Part shown: positions 40,271 through 54,184 of the stretch, one piece after another | Numbering within the stretch: position 1 is the stretch's first letter | Layout: every line of letters begins with the position of its first letter | Assembly (NCBI GenBank): GCA_964016885.1 | Contig: OZ024764.1 | Coordinates: forward strand, 21,018,001-21,082,000 | DNA from: Eledone cirrhosa | Taxonomy: Eukaryota | Length of the DNA: 64,000 bases | Direction: 5' to 3' | Program-made: the position numbers and the translations under genes | Notes under the pieces: generated by a model | Told to the model about the DNA's origin: nothing | The model's input: the letters and a program-made list of their open reading frames with translations, nothing else | Database searches by the model: none

Positions 40271-40889
40271 AAAGTAGCAGGAAACGACTAGATTTGTAGA
40301 TAAAGAAGTGGGAGACAGGATTATCGGAGTTTAGAAGAGCTACACACTTCTCCAGTTGGCTGGGAAATAATTATCTTTCCTTAATTTTATTTCTAGACCT
40401 CTTAGATGTTTGTAATCGACTATTCTTACTGAAAACGGAAACCCTAATCCTAATACTGGGAAATAAAACGTCTATTGCAAGTATCTAAGGGGTCCAGAGA
40501 AAAAATACTGGAAAAGGGGTATAGCAAGAATTCTAAGAAAAATAATTATTCCCACCCAACGTGAGGTGTGAGTAGATCTGTGAAACTACATCTCTTTGTA
40601 TACTTTCACCCTACTTTTTCTACAAATCTTTCGTTTCCGTGAGGGTACCTGGTTATTTCAGCACCGAAGCCTCACCTTACTGAGGTGTCAGGTGATACCC
40701 GTGAGGGTACCTGGTTATTTCAGCACCTTAGCCTCACCTTAATGAGGTGTTAGGTGATACCCGTGAGGGTACCTGGTTATTTCAGCACCTTAGCCTCACC
40801 ATCACCCGTTGTAATGCTGCCAGTGTGTTGGCTTGCCTCAAAGTGTGTAGTTAACCCCTAGGGTGTGAGGTGTGGCCTATTATCACACT

Positions 40890-43800
40890 GTAAATTCAAT
40901 TTATTCACGTTTATAATAACATATATAATGACACAATGCTTAGAGGAAAGTCATAGAATCACTTCTATCAACACAAGTGGATAAGTTACTTCAGAATGAA
41001 AATATAAACAGAGCATATAAATAAATTTACAGTAGAATAACATAACAAATATGTTTTAAATATATAAATAACATTACAAATGCCTCGGTAACACTATAAA
41101 GGATGATACAATGAAAGATAAATTCCTTCAATGTTGCAATATTAAAGAAAATGTAAAGGAAGGGGTGGACAACGGAGCCAACACCAGAGCAAAAGACAGC
41201 AACGAGGGGTACTGGGAACCTCTCTAATGAGTTTTGAGGCAAGCCAGCACACTGGCAGTGTTACCTCAGGTGATAGCGAGGCTGAGGTGCTGGAACAGCC
41301 AAGCGCCCTCGCGATTTCGACAGTTACCTCTATAAGGCGAGCCGCCAGTGAGGAAAGGAACCTCGCAGTCAGCGGCCCGACTCCCCCAAACGTCTCGAAA
41401 GCCACAGGCTGAAAAATGTAGCTGGTCGACAGATCAGAGTATTTGAGGGTCTTACTCTGCTCGGCTGCCGAAGCTGTGGCTCTCGTCCTTACCGCAGCAT
41501 CAAGGATGTGGGAAAGAGCAAAGGAGTCACTAACAGTGACGTCCCAGATTAGGCACCTGCCTCTCGACCAGGGGCACAGGGTAAGGCCGTCAGGTCTTTT
41601 GCCGTCACTTCTGGACAACCCAGATGGTTCCAAGACTGAGGCGATGTTTGCCCGGGCCAAAGCTCTCTTCAGAATAAAGTTTAGCTCCGTCTGACGGGCA
41701 AAGTGGCCGGCATTCAGGCGGCAAGAAAGACCGTGGGGGCCTGTGGAGTCGAGGAGTTAGCCACATCTCAAACCCATGCAGACGTCAGCTCCCACTCTGA
41801 GGGTGATGGAGACATGAAGTTCATCCAGGCTGAGTAGGCCTCCAACGTTGGCCACGGGTAAGGCATCGACCCAGTCACCGGAGTATTTGGCGCTGGCAGA
41901 TGGTAAGCGGCACCTTGCAGACTGATCTGAGAGGACAAAGAGGGAGTTGAAGGTGGCATTCCAACGTATCCTGTCCCAAGTTCTCTGACTTCGACTGTCC
42001 TCCACCTTCTCAGGAAGAGACAAGCCCAACTCACTCCATTGCTGGAGAGCTTCACACAACTCCCTGTTGGAACTAGTCCATGTTGGAGAGGAGAGGATGC
42101 TGCAAGCTTGGGTGGAGGAAAGGAAGCAGGGGAGAGAGAGGGACGAACATTTACTAACATTGACCAGACACTCGAGTCTCTCGAAGATTAGGTCGTCGAA
42201 GTGTTGGAGGCAGGATGGAAATCTGTGAGAGGGGCTGACCCTGAGCAGATACAGAAGCTTAGGAATAGACAGGTAGTTCCTGAGTAAGAAGAAACCTTGA
42301 TGGCGTTCGATATCTTCAATATTCCTCAGCAGCGGCTCAAGGCCAACCATCTTCGATTGGATGGTGGACTCGAAGGCCAGGTCTGTGATTGGGGCTCCTA
42401 AGGAGCACCACGCCGACGGGGGAGGGACCGTGATGGAAGGGAAGGACTCTGCGAACAGGTCGATCAGCTGTTGGTGTTAAGAAGCCGGGTGGTTGAGGAT
42501 CCAGAGCTCACATTTTGAGCTATTGATCTGGAGTCCCCGGCGCCAAGCTCCTCCACCATCCTGTTGGCAGTGGCGAGAACCATATCCGGAGTTCCCCCCA
42601 AACAGGCGTCGTCGAGCTACCAGACATTGAGGTCCAACTCAGCCCCCATCTTGGTGACGTCATCAATGTCCAGTGCGGGGGGGGGGGGGGGGGCGCGGTC
42701 CCGAGTGGGTCACCCTGTTGGACTCCCGAGGCAGAGGTGATGATCTGGTCACTGAAAGAGAGGTAGGAGAGCTCCCGATAAGCCTGCCAAGCAAAGTGGT
42801 AGAGTTGTGGGCCCCTCTCTCTTACTGAGCCGAGGACGATGTTATGGCTGACGGAGTTGAAGGCATTCCTGAGGTCAAGTTTGAGGATGACCTTGGGGGA
42901 TGAGGAGGGCAAGTTGGCAAATGCTCTGGCAGCGTGGACAGCAGCCACACATCCCAACCTGGTACCCACCCACAGCTGGATGGGGGAAAATTCCTCCGCC
43001 ACTGAGTTGGAGACCAACAGCAATCACGCCTTTGCAGTGAGGCGGCGAGGTGTGCAGCCAACCGCAATGCGGCGCAGGTCCCCGTTGGGCTTGGTGAGAC
43101 CAAATAGCTTCACACCGAAGAACAGTGGGCGGATGAACGGGAGAACGTTCACTGATTCACAAACTGAGTCAGACTCTCCAAGAGCTCGAGTCCGGCATCA
43201 CCGGCCGATAAGGAGATACCATCCTTGAGGTGTTGAGGACGAAGGACGTCAATTCCCGCGCCTGACCCAGCGGGGAAGGATGAAATCGCCTTTCTGATGA
43301 TATCGGTGGTGTAAACCGGTCTCAAGTATTCTGGTGGTTCGGGCCAGTATTGCTGATCATCTGGGGGTGCTTCTCTTTCAGACGCTCACGAGAGTCAGAG
43401 TTGCATGGAGCAAGGGAGGACAGCCACTTTAATGTCAAATTCGCTGAATTGGCATTGACGGCTCGCTTGAGGCCTACCGGTTGTCTGTTGGTGGACACCG
43501 AGCTCGGAGACGAACTGAGATGAGACGTGGTTGGGGTGGACTCAAACAGCTGGAACTGCCGCTTGAGAGAGGACTTGAGGGAACCCGAGTTCGCATTGTG
43601 CACGTGAAGAGAGATGAGGGGAAACAAAAACAATTTCTGCCAGACTATTGTTGGACGAGCAAACGTTTTTCAGTAAATTAGAGAGGGCACCTGCAAAGCT
43701 GTTCCGAGCTCCCTTAAGGGTCCGGTTAACGAGCTTTGATTTGGTGAAGCCCTGGGGGGGCTGTGGAAAGTCGTCGGTAGAGTGTTGGTCATCCCCACGG

Positions 43801-44700
43801 AATAGTCAGAGCTGAAGTGGCACTGATGACAGGTTCAGTGTTGAAGCCTTTCGGCTTGAGCTTTGGTGATGCCGACACAGCTTCTGTGGTAGCTTGCATG
43901 GCATAGGTGACTTAATTGTCTTTAAGTACTGGTTAGTGCGGGCACAGTGGGCGCAATCAGGTGGCGGGCTGGCAACAGCCGGCAGTAGAGGGCCAGCATT
44001 GGAATTCGGTGAAGGGAGTGAGTCAGTAAAGGAGACAGCAGTGGTTCTAACGGTGGGACTAAAGCGGGGGTTGGGTAGTGAGCTAACAGTTGTAGGGGTG
44101 GTGTGGTTGGCCGGGTTGGATTCGTTCGGAATCTGCCGTGAAGGAGAGGAGGGGTAGGTGGGGTCAAGTTAGCTCCTCTCGTGCGTGCTGCAGTTGGTGG
44201 AGAATGAGAGGTCGAAGGCTGACCGGTTGTCACATTAGTCGTTCCACCAAGCAGGTCTCTTGGTCGTTCAACGCATGCCACCGCCACCTAGAGTGGACTA
44301 GGTTTAAGTGGTGGCAACTTTAGCAATCGGCAATCACCGGTGATAGTTCGGTCGAAACATCGGGCCACCGGCGGGTTCAACGAATACCTAGGTGGGCTGT
44401 GCGTGAGGAGGAAGTAAGGGTTGAGCAAGGGGAGGGATGGAAGGTGGAGAAGGAGTGAGAAGATGATGAGTGCGTGGAGAGGAGTGTGGTCATGTGAGAG
44501 GCAGATAAATACAGTGGGAGAGAAAGAGCACTGAACATGCAAAGAGAAGGAAAATAAAAACGCTAGAAATACAAAATCTAAGGCTGTGAGGTTGTGTAAT
44601 AGTTCGCATGGGTAAATCCGCAGTAAAAACCGAAATTTTGAGTTTGTGTAAAAAAGAAAAAAAAAAAAAACATGGGCAAGACTTGAGTAAAATCAAAACC
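40890..44700 (-). mobile_element. Near full-length degraded CRE-clade retrotransposon (PHD-RT-RLE)
   Basis: KLDLRNAFN, GVQQGDPLG, W*LDD; RLE GKRPDGLT..WDVTV..K..KY..FQPVAFETFG; AATAAA near the 3' end at ~40900. Confidence 0.85.
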
Positions 44701-45627
44701 TGAATGATAGTGATACAAGATGTTTACAATTACGGAGTGATTACATTACTGGACCTGAATTCTATCAAGTGGTCAAAGCTTCTAATTCTGTGAAATAGAA
44801 TGGAAGTATGGATTGACCTTTCAGTCACACCTGACTATAAATAGATTCAGGTTATTTCAAGAGGGAGATGGGATGGTTCCTCGCCATTTATAATTATTTA
44901 TATTTTATATTTGGGGGGTTTGATTTTGAAAAATTGTAAGTGTATGTTAAGGAGGAAAGTATAATTGTGTGATACAATTGCTCCAGGTTGTTTCCTACGT
45001 TGTTGCCACAAACAATTCTTTTTTCCTCCGAACATCTGTTATTCCTCTCCGTAGATTATAAATGGTAAAATCCGTTCGATCCAACCGAATGGAAAATCCA
45101 GTTCCTTGAAGAATATTTTGAGTTGTCTCGGACAAAGCAAAAAAGGGGGCAAGTTGAAAATGTTTACCTCGTTTGGTGGTCAATTGCCATCTCCCACTGT
45201 GTTTTTCTTTCCTTTATCATTATTGTTCAATAAATTATATTATTATACACAGTTTAGACAATATATTTGTAATGTCTTTCTCAGGGAATTGCCAGCAATT
45301 TATAATGTTATTTACACACTTATGTTATTTATGTATATATTTAAAACATATTTACAACGTTATTCTACTGTAAATTTATACAATTGTAATAAAATATATT
45401 AATTATATCATCACATAATATAAAAACGACCTTTAGAATATTTAAATATTTAGTTTTGTTAATTTATTTTTCAGCAACAATAAAAGTTTTCACTTTAATT
45501 AATTAGAGGTAGGTAAAATATAGATAATTACGATAACATTTTATATTTCCAGTAATGAAACAAACAAGAAAATATATATTTGTGATGTGAAAAGTGAGCT
45601 TAAATCTACAATATTAATAGACATAAT

Positions 45628-45772
45628 ACTTACATTATAGTCTCAGGAGTTTAGTATTTACAGAAATGTTGTCTAAATGTTGTTGTAGGAAGACTAACAC
45701 GTGGACAGGAAGTCGACAACTGCACCACTGCGCATGCTTCAATGTCAAAGGTCAAGTTTTTTTGTGACGTAA
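45628..45772 (-). promoter_or_regulatory. Promoter and exon 1 of ZNF gene B
   Basis: Same donor and motif cluster as the other units. Confidence 0.65.
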
Positions 45773-46252
45773 AATATTTTTACCGAATTAAATTATGTAA
45801 AGTTTGTAATAAAAAAATGAAGTTGAAAACAGTAAATGTAATTAAAATAGAGAAAGTAAGGTGTTGGTGGTGAGGAATGGACGGTAGACGTTTTACCTCA
45901 GTCTAGGTAGTGTATTTTACCTGTGTCACTCGGACAATAGCCAGCGATGACCACTACACCAACCACTCTCTCCTTCAGGTGGTGTCCACTTTCGTGAGTC
46001 TGTAGAATAACAGGGCAGTTGGAAGGCAGAGGAGGTCTTGACTTGAAAAGAGTATCACTTGATACCTCGATATAACCTGTTGGTAGAAATCGTAGGGTGC
46101 TGGATCAATCGAGTACTGTGGCAGAGATCACCGGGTATCTCGGGTCATATGGAGGCTAAGTTGCCAGAACAGCTAAGTACCCTGACAGATATCACCGTGT
46201 ATCTCGGTAAGATCGGGTCATATGGAGGCTAAGCTACCAGAACAGCTAAGTA

Positions 46253-46832
46253 TGTAGTGACCTACATTCCGCGGGCTCACATACATTCTCTGTGCGTGAT
46301 TTGGCTCAGTTCAGCCAATCAGCGCCAGTAGAAGAGGATGTATCCCTACGCGCCCTGAGGAAGAAATTCCCCGCGAAGATTTGAAGAATCTCTCTCTTGT
46401 ACCGGAAACTTCAAGCCAGCAACATGCATAATGTAACGGTGACATTTGCACCCTAGCCTCGCCGGCTTAACGGCGCAATGGCACATTCCCTTTTGTAACC
46501 TCTTTTTATCTGTAACTTCAACCATATAAATAAACAAACATTTCATCTCTAATTACTGCTGTTGAAATCATTATTATGTTACTCGTGTCTCAATAACATC
46601 TATAATCCATGCTGCTGGAATTGGCGACCTGACGAAAGGAATATTGTAAATAGATGGTAAATAGATCGAGGGACCTTCCCTCACGTCTATGTCAACAAGA
46701 TAATCCAACGAGGATACTATCACTTACCACACTGGCAACTAACGACCTTCAATCATCTACCCTGTTAAAGTAACGACCACTGATTCTACCACCCTGCTAA
46801 AGTGGCGACTACTCTATAACCAATACTGCTAA
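46253..46832 (+). mobile_element. 580-bp insertion into the 73-bp array, possibly an LTR remnant
   Basis: Flanked by AAGTA direct repeats; begins TGTAGTG; AATAAA; PBS-like TGGCGACC at 46622; absent from other units. Confidence 0.5.
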
Positions 46833-47711
46833 AAGTACCATCACAAGAGTCATCGGGTATCTCGGTAAGATCTGGTTATAAGGAAGCTAAGCTACCAGAA
46901 CAGCTAAGTACCCTCACAAGAATCATCGGGTACTTCGGTAAAGCCAGCCGCCAACAGTGACCACAACTTCGTTGTCAGCAGCCCAGCTTCTCAAACATCA
47001 CAGACTGGAATAAATACTTTGCCGATAATTACTGGTAGTTTAACTTTTATTTCGTTCGTCTACAGAAGCAGTGACCCTCACTTTTACTACAACATGTAGG
47101 ATGTGGGAGGGAGACAAAAACATCACTAACTGTGGTCTCACAAATGTGACAGTTAGTTTTCAAAATACATATACAAGATACAAGACAAATGACTAGACTG
47201 AAATATATTTGATAGGGAATAAAGAGTAGAATATTCTAGTCTGTGGTGTTGGAGAAGTTTGGAGGAGATAGGTCCCTGACAACGAGGTTCTTGTTATCGT
47301 TGGCAGCTCTCCTTACCGAGGTGTCAGGTGATACATATGAGGGTGTTTGGTAGTTCCAACATCTTAGCCTTGCTATCACTCGAGGTAAGACTGTCTCAGA
47401 AAGTATTAGAGGGAGACTCCGGCACCCCATGTGATGTGAGACTGATTGACAGAGTGTTGACTTAATATTTTCATTTGTTGTGATTCTATGTGAAATATAT
47501 CTCTATGTAAGTAACTTGGTTACGTGAATCATTGTGAATCTCGTAAATAGTTAAACAGAAATCTACTTAGGACACAAAATAAAGCAGGTTACGTAGAACA
47601 AAGTATTTAAAGGACGTATATCAAAAAGAAGGGTGGATGTAACGAGAGTTGTCTCCCCTTACATATGTAATACAGTAGTGTATGTTTGTGTTTCTCTCTA
47701 TATACTTTTTA

Positions 47712-47925
47712 TGATCGACTTTTCGTCAAATCGGACCGAAGAAACAATGTTTCCATTGGTCTTTCCAATTGCTAATACTATCTATCGGTCGCAACTCCAG
47801 GTAGAAGGAGCAACGTGAAATAAAATGTCTTGCTCCAGGACAGAACGCATCGCCCAGTCTGAGAATCGAACTCACAACCTCACAATTCCGAATCCAATTC
47901 TCTAACCACTCAGCCACACGCCTTC
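47712..47925 (-). mobile_element. tRNA-derived SINE (3' fragments at ~7285, 12632, 28350)
   Basis: A box TGGCTGAGTGG and B box GAGTTCGATTC on the minus strand. Confidence 0.75.
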
Positions 47926-47931
47926 ATATAT

Positions 47932-48315
47932 ATACCAAACATTGTCAACAGAAAGAAGTGTCAAGCCTCAGGACAAAACACTAAAAATGGTTGAATAGTA
48001 GCAAATAAATGTTCAGTTTTGAACTGTTGTTATTTGTGTACAATGTATTTGTTGCTGTTACAATCTGCAAGTATATGTTGACATGTTAAATTTTAGTTTT
48101 TTGTCAAACTACTTCATTACTTTGTATTCATGAATGCTGCTAAAACATTTGTATGTACATTGTATGTTTCTAAATTTAAGTAACAAATCTTTCTGCAATA
48201 TATTTTATTAAATGACTTTAATTAGCTGTAATGTACATAATTAGTTGTAGTGTGCAACCCTCAGACAACACACGTGACCTATGTGGCTCTTGGGGAACCC
48301 TGTTTCTTATGTCTC
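47932..48315 (+). mobile_element. 3' end fragment of the hAT element
   Basis: Matches 30811-31193 and is followed by ACCTACAT. Confidence 0.85.
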
Positions 48316-49149
48316 ACCTACATGATAAACACACCCAACACAGGCTGTAATGTGGTTGGTCATGTGAAGGACATCTAGCCATAGAAAGCTTGCCCGACAA
48401 TAGTGTCGGAGAACCCTTCAATCATGACAAAGACATGACAACCTTTTCTGTGCACTCAGTAGCAAATGAGACCTTATGTAAATAAGTCTCAGATCCTTGG
48501 TCCGTCTGGGAGATCAGTAGCCTCACTTCAGTACTTACTTGGTTGAAGTAGACTCATTAAACCCTTGCTAGCAGGGAAATCTGATGTTGATTATGTAACC
48601 TCAACCTCTTCTTATTAACCCACTCATTCCAGAGAGGGTCTTGGGGGCAGAGTCCTCAAACACTCCCTCCAACAGGTCCTGTCAGAAGCAACCCACTCCA
48701 ACTTATCCGGCTGGATCTCCCAGAGAGACCAGCCAAGCTCATGGATGTTATGTGACCATCTTGCTCAGGTCTACCCCTGGGTCTCCTGCCAGTTAGTTTT
48801 GCCTGTAAAATCTATCCAGTGATTCTTTCCTCAGACATTCTAACCACATGGCCATAGTATTGCAGCTGTGATCTCTCAATTAGGAGAAGTAACAGCTCCA
48901 CCTGGAGTGACTCTCTGATCTCAGAGCTATGCACTTTATTGAGAAACGTTCCTTCAAAGACCCTTCAGAGGAATCCCATATCTGCCATTTGTATTCCCAA
49001 TCATATTCTTTTGGTCATTACCCAAGATATGTGACCATAGGTAAGGGTTGGCACAAAAACCTAATTGAAGACAGCAAGTTTGGCTTTTATGCCTACCTCC
49101 CTTCTTCTGATTACTGAATATTGGAGCTGGTGCATTACTGATATTTCAC

Positions 49150-49775
49150 TGCCCACACTGCAAAGTGGTTGGGTAGGGGTTATGACAAAAAGCACCCAAC
49201 CCTCACTATAGAGAATACACAGTCAACATTATAAGGTGGTCATGTAGGTGACATGACAAAAAGCACCCAACCCACACTGCGAAGAACACACAGCCAACAC
49301 TCTAAGGTGGTCATGTAGGTGATATGACAAAAAGCACCCAATCCACACTGTAAAGAACACACAGCCACACTATAAGCTGGTCATGTAGGTGATATGACAA
49401 AAAGAAACCAGCCCACACTGTAAAGTATCTGCGTAGGTGTCACGGCAAAAAGCACCCAGCCCAAACTGTAAAGTGGTCATGTAGGTGACAACAAAAAGTA
49501 CCCAGCCAAAACTTTAAAATGGTCATGTAGGTGTCACGACAAAAAGCACCCAGTCCACACTGTAAAGTGGTCATGTAGGTGTCACAACAAAAAGCACCCA
49601 GTACTTAATGTAAATAAGCTTGGTTGTAGGAAGGTCATCCAGCTGTAGAAACCAAACCAAAATTTGTTCTGTAGGAGCAACACGTGGTCACCTGACCTGG
49701 CATTGCTTACAACAGGATAACTCGTCTAACCCATGCCAGCGCAGAAAAACTGATGTAAAACAGTGATGATGATAT
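49150..49775 (+). mobile_element. RTE-related SINE with expanded 48-bp repeats
   Basis: Paralog of 4845-5270. Confidence 0.75.
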
Positions 49776-50289
49776 AACATTTGTTTAATAATGAATTCCA
49801 ATCTCATTGTTAACAGCTATAGATGTCAGGATGTGAACCTTCTTACTGAAATATCTTCTCCATGTTAGTGGCTGAAGAAGATTTAGAAAACTTTCACACA
49901 ATAACAGTATTCCCTAACTTCTCCCCTAAAAAATACAAGACAAGCAGGGCCAGACTTTTACCTACTGAAGCCCTAAGCTATATGAAGTTAGAGGTTCTTT
50001 TCTAAAAATATATAATTATCTTTTATATTAATGTTAATGATAAAGAATAAATAATATAATAAATATACCACCATAGGTGCTGAGGTGGCTAGCTGCTGGT
50101 GTGAGCCTCACAAGATGGAATGGCTCTTCCAGCACATCTAGAACAACATGACCCTCTAATATCTAGTATTTAGTAACAAACTAGACCACCCGGGACCTGT
50201 TGGGTCACGTTCCTTTATCACTATTTTTTAAAAGTCATTTAAAATAATTTTTAAATAGTTAAAATATACACATACGTATATATATATAT

Positions 50290-50591
50290 CATCATCATCA
50301 TAATCACCGTTTTACGTCCGTTCTTCCATGCTAGCATGGGTTAGACGAGTTGTCCTGTTGTGGGCAGCGTCTGGTCGGCTGACCATGCCTTGCTCATACA
50401 GGAACTGATTTGGCTTGATTTCTACAGCTGGATGCCCTTCCTAACACCAACCTCATTTACAGTGAGTGTTGGCTGCTTTTTCGTGGCGCCTACATGTCCA
50501 TTTTACAGTGTAGGCTGGGTGCTTTTTTGCCGTGGCACCTCCACGACCACCTTGCAATGGGAGGTTATGGTGGCATATTGTCTATATGCTT
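50290..50591 (-). mobile_element. RTE-related SINE inserted in the Helitron
   Basis: Reverse-complement relative of 35829-36195; TSD-like CATACGTATATATATAT on both sides. Confidence 0.85.
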
Positions 50592-50933
50592 CATACGTAT
50601 ATATATATACAGATACATATATATGAACATACGTATATATATATATGTATATACACACACACATATTTTATTAAACAACACCACCAGCTCTCACTCTCTC
50701 ACCACCACTATCTCTTACTCTCCCTATATTTATGAAGGTACCCAGAAAACCCTGTATCTTGGGAAACTGTGCTCCAATTTATACAAAACTTGTTTTATTC
50801 CTTTCAAAGTATTTCCCCATTATGCACCGTTTTAGCTGTATTAAATTACGGACAAGACACAATCACAGAGTTTTAGTAGTATATAGATAATATAGCTTCA
50901 AGTTAAAGTTAGTAAACGACAGTTTGGAGAAAT

Positions 50934-52980
50934 AATCATCATCATCATCGTTTAACGTCCCTGTTCCACGCTTGCATTGGTTTGGACGGGGGTTTTCCTA
51001 CTTGAGGCAAGAGTGGTTGTCTTGCTCGCATAGGACTGTCTGGCGGGTTTTCTACAGCTGGATGCCCTTCCTAACACCAACCACATTTACAGTGTGGGAC
51101 TGGGAGGTTGTTACCGTGTTGCCTACACGGTCACATTACAGCATGGACTGTGTGTTTTTTTGTCGTGGCACCTACACGATCTCGTTTGTTTCGGCCTGGA
51201 TGTTGTGGCACCAACATAACTTTGCATTGAAGGGGGCGGTGTGGATAGAGTGGGATGGGGTGAATTTTGTTAGAGATGCCTACTGACTAGTAGGTTTTAC
51301 TTTGTATTTAGGTAAGGCGGGTCTTCTCTGTTACTGAGTACCGCCAAAGGTCTTGGTCCAGTGACATTGTCTTGGAGAGGTGTGTGTGAGGTCGGAATTT
51401 ATCATCTCGTCCCAGGTTTTCCTGGGTCTGCCTACTCCGTGGCTACCATCTATCTTTGTTGCCCTGCACTTTGTTATACAGCTGTCGTCTTTCATGTGCA
51501 TCACGTGTCAATACCAACGTAGCCTTCTCTCGAGTAAACAACATCTGATCCCTCTTATTTCTAATTTTTTCCTTAGTTCGTTTATGCTTTGCCGTTTACG
51601 TATATTACTATTACACATCCAGGGGAGCATGCAAGCTTCGTTCCTCTCTAATCTGCGTATATCCTCTGCACACAATGCCCAGGTCTCACTGCCATGCAAC
51701 ATTGCTGTTCGTATGCAGGCATCATACAACCTGCCTTTCATTTTTAGGGAGAACCCTTTAGCGGCTAATAGTGGTATAAGCTCTCCGAACTTTTTCCATC
51801 CAGTTCTGACTCTAGCTACTGTACTTTCAGAGCACCCTCCCCCACTGCTGATTTTGTCACCCAGGTAACGGAAGCTGTCCACTATTTCTATAGAGCCCTG
51901 TGCGCAGTTGAATGAGCTAGTATTTTGTGAGCACTTGCTGCTACTTATTGCACCAGAGCACCGGCCACATGTAAAATCTGTGTTCTTAGTTAGCTTACCT
52001 GTGATCCCACAACATCTTTTATGCACCCATACTTTGCATTTGGGACATAAAATGGAGTTTCTACCTACGCCTTTCCTACACACTGAGCATGGCCATTTCC
52101 CGGAAGGGACCGGCGCCTTATTTTCTTTCCTACAAACTAGAACTTTAGTCTTAGCCAGGTTAATTTTAAGGCCTTTTGATTCTAGGCCGTGCTTCCATGT
52201 TTGGAATTTCTTCTCTAGCTCGGGCATTGATTCAGCTATGAGCGTTAGATCATCTGCGTATAGGAGTTCCCATGGGCAGCCGGTCTTGAACTCCTCTGTT
52301 ATAGCCTGAAGGCAATAATAAATAGTAGGGGGCTAAGAACAGAGCCCTGATGGACACCAACTTTTACGCTAAACTCTTCACTATATTCGTTGTTAATTCT
52401 AACCTTGCTGACTGTTTCTTTATACATGGCTTGTATGGCTCTCACAAGCCATTCGTCAACACCTAGTTTTCTAAGAGCCCACCAGATAATGGAACGGGGG
52501 ACTCTGTCGAAGGCTTTCTCCAAGTCGACAAAAGCTAAGTATAGGGGTTTACTTTTAGCTAGGTACATCTCCTGTAGTTGTCGTACAATGAAAAGAGCGT
52601 CTGTGGTACTTTTGCCTGACACAAACCCGAACTGCATTTCATCTAGGTCAATTCTCTCTCTGATTAGTTGCGCTATTACTTTTTCCGTGACCTTCATGAC
52701 CTGGTCGATTAATTTAATGCCTCTATAGTTACTCCTATCTAGGGCGTCTCCTTTACCCTTGTAACAGTTAACGATGATGCTGCTACGCCAGTCCTTCGGA
52801 ACAACCCCATTCTGTATGACTTGGTTAACTATGCGGGTGACCATGGTGTGTCCCACCGTACCGGAGGCTTTCAGCATCTCAGCAACTATTTCCGAAGTCC
52901 CAGCCGCCTTACCCGTCTTCATATCTTTGATTGCCTTACTTATTATACTACCTTCGACTAACACTGCTGGTCCCTCTATC
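50934..52980 (-). mobile_element. 5'-truncated RTE LINE, family 2 (independent insertion)
   Basis: RT ORFs 52299-52988 and 51508-52227; empty site ggagaaatctgtaacattt in other units. Confidence 0.92.
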
Positions 52981-54184
52981 AGTAACATTTATTAAACATT
53001 CCTCAAGTTTGTCAATTCTATAGCACAATAGTTTGTTAGTTAAAGTGTTTAGTTAGATATTCTACATATAAAGAAGAGAGAATACTTTACCACAAATATT
53101 ACAGTGGTATAATGATATTCCCATCTCTTCTGGAAAATATTCCTATGTTGATGTAAATATTTCTATTGTTCATAATTTTATCAAATGTGATATTTGTCAA
53201 TATCCAAATATTTTGAAAACTCCTTTGTAAATATCCAAAGTTTAATCAGAATGTAAAATCATCAACATAGACTAGATACTAGGTGTAAGATCTAGAGGGA
53301 CTGACAGATACAAGACTATCTGGAGATAGAAGGGTTGGAGAGTAAAACATCTCCCTGTTAAATATAAGATCTACAGGGACTGTGAGAGTGGTACAAGACA
53401 ACCTAGAGAAAAGGGTAGGGACAGTAAAATATCTCCGTTAAATATAAGATCTAGAGGGACTGTGAGAGAGGTACAAGACAACCTAGAGAAAAGGGTAGGG
53501 ACAGTAAAAGATCTCCTTGTTAAATATAAATTCAGAGATGTTCTACATGATACATATGATAAGGAGGTGGAGATTGATAGCTATGACATAGAAGATATTA
53601 GCAAGTTTCTTTCAGACAGCCTGTTGTGAACCACTGATGAGATCTGTAGTTGATGTAAGCTGCCAGCCAGATGAATGTTGCCTTGGTGATGGAATAGTAC
53701 AGTAGATAGAAGTTGAAATCTAAAAGACCTGAAGAGACAGGAGGGGAACAACAATATCAAATAGTTAAAATGGAAGCTAGATATTAGGCTTACAAGTTAT
53801 TGATTTCTGTTGTTATTGTTAAAATCTGTTTAATCTGTGATATTTGAGACAATGTACAGGACAATAGAATTAATACCAATGTCTGACTAACAACAACAAA
53901 AGTTTTCATTTTATTGGCAGGTTTAAATTACAGAAGTTCCCAACCTTTACTAAAAATACAAATATATATCTTACCTGTTAAAGTATAATAAATCAAAATT
54001 TAATGTGAAAAAGTTAAATTTACACAAAATCTTCAAACACGGCTTCAAAAATAGAAACCTGGTGTTTATGATCCCTGTCCTAGGTAAAACCTACAAGGTT
54101 AACCCCAGTTTTAGCAAGGATGATGTATCTACACAATTGTTGTTGTTGTTGTAGTATGATGTAATGAGTTTGATATTGATACAG

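Noticed and set aside
47860-47925. tRNA gene
   Set aside because: A and B boxes only, continuing into a SINE body with no acceptor stem
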